A DNA stretch of 64,000 bases from Ancylonema sp. (taxonomy: Eukaryota): assembly GCA_050230475.1 (NCBI GenBank), contig JBFLGF010000113.1, positions 1 to 64,000 of the forward strand, in the 5' to 3' direction. A program made the position numbers and the translations under genes. The first letter of the stretch is position 1; every line of letters starts with the position of its first letter. This document shows positions 40,401 to 58,109 of this stretch, piece after piece. The notes beneath the pieces are model-generated. The model did not search any database and was not told where the DNA came from. It saw only the letters and a program-made list of their open reading frames with translations.

Positions 40401-41580
40401 ACTAGATTTTGGCCCTCTGGCATATTGTTTGACCTGGACATGAACTCTTTGCCTTGATAGTAAGTACTAAACTTTTTCGTTGATCGTCATAAAAAAAATA
40501 TGTTGATAAAATGGATTTTAATCGGTGGAAAAAATACCATCAAGTTAAATGTTCAGAACAACAAATGTTTTAACTCCCCGACAAGGTAAACGTATTCATG
40601 ACTTGTACGTTATAACAAACGTTGTTTTGATGGTAGGGATGGCCCCTACCATAGCTTGGTCCCGGACTTGGATCGCGGACGCGTCCGGGATACGTCCGGC
40701 CCCCGATGCTTCCGGGACGTGTCCGGAGATCCCCGGGTCGTCCGGGGCTCAACATATATTTTGTATTTTTGTTTATATTTTCCGGGGGTAAGTTTGTTGA
40801 AAGTATTTTGTATTCACATATAAGACTTCAAAAGCTATAATCCTCACTCACATGTAAATGTGCATGTGTCTTTGTTCACGTCATTACATTCTACCACGAT
40901 CCCAGCTTGGGACGCATCCCACGCTTGGAATCGTCCAAGACGCGTCTCGAAATCTCCGGGCTGTCGGGTACCCAACAATGGCACCTAACCGTTTTCGGCT
41001 CGTGGTTGGGGGTAGCCTACCCGTTGGGTAGGACGGAATTTGCTCGAGTGTAGTGACGGGTAGGGGGGAGGGGGTAGGGGGTAAGTAGCAATTTTTTCTT
41101 CTCTTCACCTTAGAGTAGGTAGTGTGTAAATTTCGCACGTGTGACCATACACGTGCAAAACTCGCTCCAAAGAAAAAATACATTTAATTGGTTAAAATAA
41201 ATTTATGGTCCTTGTCAAACATTCCGTCCCACCTCCCTACCATTTCCTATTAGTTTCTCACATTACGAAGGAATGGGAGGACAACGATGGTACGGGAAAA
41301 TACGATAAACGGGAGACGTGCTAAACGACAGAGTTGTAGCTTTCAAACGACAAGGGGGAATTGCGAACGGGGACGGGATAACGACGGAGTACATAATGTA
41401 ATGAATCAGTACTACACAAGGATAATAATCCATCGCTCACAGGGGTATGGGGCTACTATTTGTTTGTTTTTAAGTTCTTGTGGGTCCCGCATCGCTTGCG
41501 GATTTTGCGAGCCCGGCTGCGAGCCAGCGCACGCGCGGTCCGGCTCTGGCTCCGGCTCCGGGACCCGCTATGTTTCATTC

Positions 41581-43477
<1,897 letters not shown>

Positions 43478-44470
43478 ATATTTATCCGCACATATCAAAA
43501 TTATATGTGGGTTGTTAAGTACGACATCAAAACACTTGCAAAAACACATCCTAATCACGAAAAATAATAACAATATTATCTACATGTATAATTAGACTCA
43601 ACTATTAAGAGTAAAATGAGTAAGATTCAATTGAGCATATATTTTTAAACGGAAATTTATTTATTCCATAGCGACATCTATATATCATTATGTAGAAGTC
43701 CAAGACTCTGTCTGTGGGGGGCGCGGGTAAGTTTATTGGGGGTGTGGAAGGTTTTTCTTTTTTGAATTCCTCTTTATGTAACCCGCGCATTTTTCATGTA
43801 TTTGTTTTGGTTAATACATAAAAATGAGTACCACATGTGTCTTCCTAGATTTCCTTCTCGGATTGGGCCCAATGTTTAGCTTGGTGTTGTTTGTTGATAT
43901 ACCAACAAAAAAATACAAAAGATGCAGAACGCATTGATTTCTCGGACCATATTTCGACCACGTACGGAGTTGGGAATTAGTCAAAGGGTTTTCAATTGCC
44001 CGGCACTTTTGGGACAGGAGATACTAATAAATCTTCGATACATGCGCTCTTCTTCCATTCCCGCACACAATGTACGTGCCAAAATGATAAACACAACACT
44101 TTAATCTCGAATTCCTAATGTGTATAAGATTTAAGTCCGGAGGAGGAACGATATGCTCCATAAGTTAACATCATAGTCAACGTGAGCGACAATTGGTTGT
44201 ATCTAATATCCACTTCGGAAGCGGTTCTGAGTGTGTCATAAAGTGACTACCAATGTGGAATAGCTTCCGACCAGTACACACGCGGTGTGTTCATGCTTCG
44301 TAGTTTATATACACAATGCCAATGAATCTTTGCGTCAATGTAACACATGAAGAAATAAAAGCGGAACGCCTACGTTGCAACAATAACGATTGCACGAGGG
44401 AGTGCATAGTGTCAATACATTTTGTTGACCTATGAATTCTTAATCATTCCTAATGCGGAGCCTTTGTAAC

Positions 44471-44762
44471 CATAGTTGCGTCCCGGACGCGAAAATCCCG
44501 GACGCGCCCGGGACCCATCCAGCCGCGGACGCGCCCGGGACACATCCAGCCCCGGACACGTCCTGGACGAAAATCCCCGGACGGTCCGGGACACAACAGA
44601 GATGCGAATAAACAAAAAGGTTTTCATTTTGAAGTCACATAAATGAAAAAGGAATATTAGTTTGTAGCTTACATGTCCAGATGACGCGTCCGAGATGTGT
44701 CCCGGCCCGGACACATCCCGGACGCGTCCGAAGACGCCCACACACTCCAGGGCGCAACTATG
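44471..44762. mobile_element. MITE of the CATAGTTG-TIR family
   Basis: CATAGTTGCG...CGCAACTATG termini with CCGGAC subrepeats; no TSD match. Confidence 0.6.
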
Positions 44763-45612
44763 ATAGTCACACATACAACGGCAATTTCTATGAACTTCAA
44801 CTTTTTGGAAATGGTTGATGTAAATATTGCCATTCCTATATTTTCAGGATTCTCTACACAGGTGTTATTTGCGCCTATACGAATCACTTATAGTATCCCA
44901 GGTCATGTACCGTTATACACATCAAGTTGTGAAAGTAACATCTACAATTGCGTGTTGCACTTCAAAATTAGAAAACATAAACTGAAAATCCTACTATAAC
45001 CGGACTGCCATTTTGGTCTAAGAGGTTGGACCCCAGTTCGGAGCCATCTCGGAACCCCAGGTCATAGGTCTGTGCATGTACAGAAAAATCAGGGATACAT
45101 GTACAGTATCCTTGCTTCACAAGTCATACAAGGCTTTATTCCATCCGAAGTATTGCGTTAGGGTACAACAACCCTAACACATAACAAAGCAAGAATACCA
45201 TTTGAGTTCATTAGAGTAACAAGACAAAATATTAATATTATTGATTCTCATTAACAGACAGATATTACTGAAAAACCATCATGTGACTTATCATTTCCCT
45301 GAATCATGAAGTATACTCTCCACCCATAGAGGTAATTCCTCCATAGAGGTAAAGACAGGCATACAAATATTGGCATCACTATGGAAAGACGTACTCTTAC
45401 CTACCCACTCATTTTCCTAGTCAGTATAGAGGGATTTTTCTCAACCTGTAACAACAAGAGTAAAACTGCATGATACCAACTTGAACATCGCTAACATCTT
45501 ATAGGAAATGTACATATACTTCCCTGCGCACCAATTATGCACCAGGTATAAAGATTATTGATTCAATCTCACCTGATACCACAAGTAACGTCAGCCCCTC
45601 ATGAAACACACA

Positions 45613-45720
45613 TAGCACTTCTCTACACAACAATTGTGCTGGTCAGGTTCGAAGGGTATTGTGTCAGCCTCACCTGATAACAGCAATGATGCTGCTACCA
45701 GCTGAAGCACCCCTAGCGCC
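45613..45720 (-). promoter_or_regulatory. TPP riboswitch aptamer 3 of the THI1 3' UTR (distal, partly degenerate)
   Basis: GGCGCUAGGGGUGC-P3-GGCUGACACAAUACCCUUCGAACCUGACCAGCACAAUUGUUGUGUAGAGAAGUGC; substitutions in the CUGAGA and GCGUAGGGAA consensus motifs. Confidence 0.8.
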
Positions 45721-45833
45721 AATCAAACCTATAATTACTTCACACCAAATCCCGCCCGCTAGGAAGTTGGGCAAGTGGCTCTCCCCCTCAACTGACAACA
45801 ACGGAGTTACTGCTACCAGCTGATGAAAACACA

Positions 45834-45941
45834 TAGCACTTCCCTACGCAGCAATTGTGCCGGTCAGGTTCGAAGGGTATTGTCTCAGCCTCACCTGATG
45901 ACAGCACTGATGCTGCCACCAGCTGAAGCACCCCTAGCGCC
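45834..45941 (-). promoter_or_regulatory. TPP riboswitch aptamer 2 of the THI1 3' UTR
   Basis: GGCGCUAGGGGUGC...GGCUGAGACAAUACCCUUCGAACCUGACCGGCACAAUUGCUGCGUAGGGAAGUGC; full TPP consensus with P1-P5 pairing. Confidence 0.95.
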
Positions 45942-46090
45942 ACACAAAATATAAATAAATTTCATACCACATATCTCCATACCTTTGCCTGCTAGTCAGT
46001 TACATCGGCCATAACTCCGCCTCAACTGATAGTAACAGAACTGCGCTACCAGCTGATCATCCCTACCACACAACAATGCAAGAACACACA

Positions 46091-46197
46091 GACGCTTCCC
46101 TACGCAGCGATTACGCCGGTCAGGTCCAAAGAGTATTGTCTCAGCCTCGACTGAAAGCAACATTACTGTTGCTGACAGTGGAAGCACCCCTAGCGCC
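46091..46197 (-). promoter_or_regulatory. TPP riboswitch aptamer 1 of the THI1 3' UTR (proximal)
   Basis: P1 GGCGCU/AGCGUC; GGGGUGC; long P3; CUGAGA; ACCUGA; P5 CGGCG-UAAU-CGCUG; GCGUAGGGAA. Confidence 0.95.
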
Positions 46198-46496
46198 GTT
46201 GTGCAAACAAAGAAGTCTGACCTGAAGGTATGTCCCCAACCATGATGCGGGTCAACCTGGGTTATCAACAAGCGGAATGCCGACCAGATGAGTTCCGAAA
46301 TTACTGAATGATGTCTACACCCAGGAACTGACGTTGAGCCGACCAGCAACTACACTACATGAAGGGGTCCGACAAATTTACAGTCAAAGATTACAAACAA
46401 CTCTCTCCGAACACAGCACCTGACATATCTGATCGTTCCACACTGCTACGATTCAACCACTGCCCTGCGATCACAATCAATGTCTTCCATCATCCT

Positions 46497-52809
<6,313 letters not shown>

Positions 52810-53447
52810 CTCCCACTGATTGACTAGTTGGCAGGTAAGTCTCGGATGCTCTCTCGTACCTCTCTTTCCCACTGTCTTTGTAGTGAGGAATTCTATCTGA
52901 GGTAAGATTGGCTGGATATTTTTAAAAGGCGTTGTAAAAAAAATCCCCTTTTTTTTTTAACATGCCCTTGCGTTTCCGCATCTGTGGTGCTACTTGACCA
53001 TTTTGGGCCATTATTTAATTATATATATTATTTTTCTATTTTGTGCTATGATTTTATGTGCGTGTACCTGTTTATTGTCTCTTTTGCAGTGAAGGGCAGC
53101 AGACACAAGTGGATTTGCCGTATGCTGCGTCAGTTAGTTTCAAGACTTGACGCCATGGTTTTCGCTGGCATGTATGAGAAACCCTTTTTTGGAGTTGGAG
53201 TATGCAGGAGATTTTGTTTTTGCTACGAGGCCATTGATTGCTTGCGACTAGAATCGGTGGAACGCAAACCCGTGAGACAATGAGCAAATAGACCAAATTT
53301 TGTGTGCTAAAAAAAACGAGGGAGTATCGCGGACTTTTGATCTGACCGACGACCGTGACCTTCCACTCTGCTTCCAGGTCCGGAATGAAGTCACATATCT
53401 GCATGAAAACCTACGGTGTAAGTTAACCTACTCGTTTGTGAAGTGAG

Positions 53448-53556
53448 GGCACTAGGGGTGCTGCAGCTGGCAGCATCAAAAAAATGATGCTGTCAGTTGG
53501 GGCTGAGACTAAACCCTCACTACCTGACCAGCATAATTGCTGCGTAGGGAAGTGCC
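53448..53556 (+). promoter_or_regulatory. TPP riboswitch aptamer 1 of the THIC 3' UTR
   Basis: P1 GGCACU/AGUGCC; GGGGUGC; 15-bp P3; CUGAGA; CCCU..ACCUGA; P5 CAGCA-UAAU-UGCUG; GCGUAGGGAA. Confidence 0.95.
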
Positions 53557-53600
53557 TTTTCTTTTTTTTTTTCTTTTTTCTTTTCTTTCTTTATCATCAT

Positions 53601-53705
53601 GGCACTAGGGGTGCTTCAGCTGGTAGCAGCTGCTAGCCGCTATCAGTTGCGGCTGAGACTATACCCTCACTACCTGACCAGCATAATAGCTGCGTAGGGA
53701 AGTGC
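53601..53705 (+). promoter_or_regulatory. TPP riboswitch aptamer 2 of the THIC 3' UTR
   Basis: GCACUAGGGGUGC...GGCUGAGACUAUACCCUCACUACCUGACCAGCAUAAUAGCUGCGUAGGGAAGUGC. Confidence 0.93.
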
Positions 53706-53735
53706 ATGTTTTATTGATCCATTCCTTTGTTATCA

Positions 53736-53793
53736 CACTAGGGGTGCTTAACTGATTGGCGCCTTCATGGCTGTGATCAGTTGCGGCTGAGAC
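53736..53793 (+). promoter_or_regulatory. Truncated third TPP aptamer (5' half: P1/P2 5' strands, P3, CUGAGA)
   Basis: CACUAGGGGUGCUUAACUGAU...AUCAGUUGCGGCUGAGAC, then similarity is lost; no P4/P5. Confidence 0.75.
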
Positions 53794-53948
53794 AGGAGGT
53801 TCAGTAGGTAGTGTAAGTGTTTATTGCCAGAACTGTAGTTGGCCCAATTTTTCCCGATCCCTGGCCCAGATCAGGATCTCGATCCGGATTGGACTTGATC
53901 TAGTTCGGCTCGAAACCGAATTTGATATGGTTCGGGTCCGATCTGGAT

Positions 53949-54108
53949 TGGCGCCAGATCGGAACTATTCTGATCGCAGCGGAGCTAACAAGGGATAATA
54001 AACACAAACGAAGTCGAATAAACGCGTTGGCGCCAGATCGGAACTATTCTGATCGCAGCGGAGCTAACAAGGGATAATAAACACAAACGAGGTCGAATAA
54101 ACGCGTTG
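53949..54108. repeat. Near-perfect ~79-bp tandem duplication
   Basis: TTGGCGCCAGATCGGAACTATTCTGATCGCAGCGGAGCTAACAAGGGATAATAAACACAAACGARGTCGAATAAACGCG occurs twice. Confidence 0.9.
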
Positions 54109-54164
54109 TTGAAGCTTTACGCCGCAAAGGGTGTTCACCATTTTTCAATGTTTGTATCGAGAAG

Positions 54165-57100
54165 CATAGCTGGGTCCCGGACCGTCCGGGGATCTTCGGA
54201 CGCGTCCGAGACCGGTCCGGGCCCGGACGCGTTCCGGACGCGTCCCGTACCCGGACGTCACACCCAAAATTTGAACTCCGTATGCGGCTAAGTATTCCCG
54301 GACGCCTGAACTGGCCGGCGCATTGCGAGTAGTATGCAACACAAGACAGGTTATTCCTCGGCAAGCGACGCGGCTGTAACGTGATGCGGTGAACACTTGA
54401 GGGGCATAGTGGTGTATGATGTTGCAGTGTGTAAAGCTTTCAGAAGTGTATATTGGTTAGTCTTGGAAAAACAATTCGGACAGAGTGGATGCTGCCTACA
54501 CGGCGACTATCAAGAATAATTTTACTATAGTAACATGCGGCGATGGAAAGGAAAACGGCAATGCTCAGTGGAACTGCAATTTTAGTGCGAAGAGCATTAG
54601 TGGTACCGCAACCAGGCTACCATTGCATCTTACTCGACGGAGATCGGACGAAAACCACTGCTACAAATTTCCAGACGTTGAACGAAAGAAGATGAATAAC
54701 TCGACTTTGTAGCAAACAACAACGGGGAAGGTACCAGTTTGTAGAATCACGCAACGGATACTCAACAAGGCGAGAACCTCCTCGGCTTCCACGACACCTG
54801 AAACCTTCAAGCGACTTGGAAAGGGAGACGTTGACGAGAAGGTGGAGCTAGTGTTCATCGCGAATGGAATGCCCTTCAAAATAGTGGAGTAAGTATGATT
54901 TGATCGGGAATGATCTAAGTGCTATTTTGCTTCCGTTGTCATCAGTGATATTCTGCGAATCTTTAAAGCCGTAGAATAGGTTTGACTGTAGTATATCTGC
55001 TACAGTCAAACCTATTCACTCCATTGGGTCTGCAGATCACCAGAGTGGAAGGAAATGGCCAGGGCGATGCAGACCCAAGGGGGCACATACGTTTCACCCA
55101 GTAGGAAAACTCTCGCGGAAAGCTCCTCAAGAAAGCGCGGCGAAAGACAGCTGAAGCTTCAACAAACGTGGGAGGAAGAGGGCATAAAGAAGACAGGTTT
55201 TGTGCTTCAGTCGGACGGATACGACGACAACAGCAAGCGACCTCTCATCAACACCCTGCTGTCTACACCAAGAGGCTCAAAATTCCATTCAGCTAAGGAC
55301 GCCGAAGCTACCTGATGTCTCACATTTCAGATTGACTTATCATTGGTATTCAGTGTGCCTTCGCAATATGATGGAGATTTTGTGTCAAGGTTTTATTCTC
55401 ATCTGGTCATTCCGTAGTATGTTTCTTATTACAAGCCATACTATACTTGTAGGTGCTGAGAAGAACGCAGAATACCTAGCCGCCCATTGGCTGGAGACGA
55501 TTGAGGAGTATGGACCCAACAATATCACTGCCTGCACAGACGGCGCCCCTAAAAATGTCAAGGCGGCAGCGATGGTCAAAGATGTGTAAGTATCCACTCT
55601 CTAATCATGACCATATCTGATACGTGATTAGACTTGCTTGTAGGCACCCACATTTTCCCTGCATGCTCTGCTTTGCGCACTCCAGCACCCTTTACTCCTG
55701 AGCAGCTCGAAAAAGTAGTCAGACATGTGACCTTTTGTTGGACATGCTTTTAGGTACCCACATATCTTCTGGGTGCACTGCACTACCACGCCCTCGATTT
55801 ACTTCTGGAGGACATGGGGAAAATTCTGTTCCGAAACAACATTGAAGCCGGCAGGAGGATAATCAAGTTCCACCGAGGACATCAGCGATCGCGAGCGTGG
55901 GTGCGAGAGTTCTCTCCAAACAAACAACTCAGGTCACCAAGTAAGTTCTCTGAAATTATTGTTCAGCTATCTATCCTGCTCCCATCACCAAGCACAAGTC
56001 GCATAAACTTTGTATATGTGTCTTCCAAATGCTACACGCTTTTACACGGAGTTCCTGGCGGCCGAGCGACTTTTGGATCTGAGAGCGGTGTTGCGAAGCA
56101 TTCAGAAAGACACTCGCTTCATTATGTGTTACCTGCAAATCGGGGAGAGGCGGGCTGGGTACAGTTGATGGTGGAGGAGAATGAGGATTTTTTTGCCCAG
56201 CTTCAGCTGATTGTGAACCTCTTTGGCCCGATTGTTGACCTGATGAAGATGACTGACAAGGACGTGGCCACTATGGGGAAGGTATGACTCCTTCAATTCA
56301 ATGATATCAATGATTGTCTTACTTGAGTGTTTTGTCATCAATCCCTTATTTTATATTATTATATGTATTTAAAATCATGAATTTTGCCCTTTTATTGTAC
56401 CCTTACTCACAAGTGTACAGTCGTGCCCAAAGATTGATCACACGAGTCAACACTGTCGAGTCCCCTCATTTCACCCCCGATGTGAGGACTGCCGTGAACA
56501 AAGTTGTGAAATCACGCGTGGCGAAACTCATCAGCCCACTCCACGCAGCTGCGTATGCCCTAGATCCTGAGTTTCAGGGTGAGAAGAAATCTTCAAAGGT
56601 GAGAGCGCATTTCGAGGAAGTTTGCGTGACCATCTTAACACCGGAAGAATGTTCGCGAGCCAACCTCGGGCTCACTGCGTTCAACAACAAGTTGGGTGCT
56701 TTTGGGAGGTCGGGTGTACTTGACATGGCCGACAAGATGCCAGCACACCAATGGTGGCTAGAGTGCGGAGGCGATTGGTCTGAGTTGCAGAGGGTGGCAG
56801 TGCGGATTCTGGCCATGGTGTCGGGCTCCGGGGCTTGTGAGCGCAATTGGCGGGTCTTCGACTTCATCAAGAGCAAGAAGAGGAACCGCCTTACTCCAAA
56901 ACGAGCCATTCTACGTCTTTCACAACAACAAGTTGCTCAAGAAGCTCGAGGAAGACCTGAAGAAAGAGGCTGAAGGAGGTTTGGGGAGATTTGTGGCATG
57001 GGGTGAAGCGAGGTTGGTGGGTGAAGAGTGGGAAGATGACGATGAGGAGGAGGAGAGGGAGGAAGAGGTGGACAAGGAGGAGGAGGTGGACGAGGAGGAG

Positions 57101-58109
57101 GAGATGGAGGTGGGGGAGGAGGGGGAGTGGGAGGAGGAGTCGGCGGAGGAGGAGGAAGAAGAAGATTGCGATAGGAGGAGGTTGGAGAGGTGAGGGTCAC
57201 GGATATGGAGGGTAAGAGGGGAGGGATGGGAGGATCTGGAAGCGGGATGGGACGAAGAGGACGGGAGACGGACATGGAAGAAGATGAAGAGACATCGGGA
57301 GGTGATGATGATCTCGAAGACGAGGACGAGCACGAGGACGAGCACGAGGACGAGGCTGGGACAATGCGAGAAGAGATGCGTACTACGCTCTATATAATAG
57401 CCAATAGTGTATGGTATATTAGAAACCCACTACATGTGTGTCCACTGAAGGTATGATAAGATGTATACGGGCGCGGTGCGTTGTACATGGGGATTGTACC
57501 TTGAGAAATTTTATCTCAATTGTGTTTGTATCGTGAACGAGGCCGTTTGATGTATAAAATGACTAAAAGACTTGAAGAAGCTGAACGCCATCTCAAATAC
57601 AGTAGTAGTTCACCGAAAGTATGATGTAGAACTCTTTACGAAACTCTCTTGGTGATTAGTGTGCATGCAATTTTTGCACTGGTATGAAATGCGTATGCGT
57701 CTCATACAGTTGAAGATGTCCCAAACCGGTTACACATCGTTAAATACGCAAGTCGCAACTTACAACATACATTGAGCGTGGAAGAATAATTTTTACTCCA
57801 ACGTCACGTGTGAAAAGATGACGTCACATGCATATGTGTATGTCTGTGTACATGATTCGTGTTGTAGTCCAAATGTAATTACAAATCACATTCCTCAGGA
57901 ATTAAAAAATGTTGAGACATTATTGATTGCATATTTGTAGTTACAATTGTACCGCTATGTTTGCTACAACTGAAAAAAAAAGTTTGTTTTTTATAAAAGT
58001 TTCCATGGGTCCCGGACCGTCCGGGGATCTCCGGCCGCGTTCCGGATGCGTCCGGGGCCGGACGAGTCCCGGACGCGTCCGGGGTTCTCGCGTCCGGGAC
58101 CCAACTATG
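54165..58109 (+). mobile_element. hAT DNA transposon with a decayed, intron-containing transposase gene
   Basis: TIRs CATAGCTGGGTCCCGGAC / GTCCGGGACCCAACTATG; perfect 8-bp TSD TCGAGAAG; transposase fragments LQSDGYDDNSKRPLINTL, TDGA, PLHAAAYALDP and WWLECG..ELQRVAVRIL..SGACERNW. Confidence 0.92.

Noticed and set aside
45613..46197. Regularly spaced repeats as a possible CRISPR-like array
   Set aside because: Units are ~108-nt TPP aptamers in a eukaryotic 3' UTR; no cas genes present
56837..57456. Acidic Glu/Asp-rich ORFs as a separate gene
   Set aside because: Low-complexity C-terminal tail of the hAT transposase, inside the TIRs
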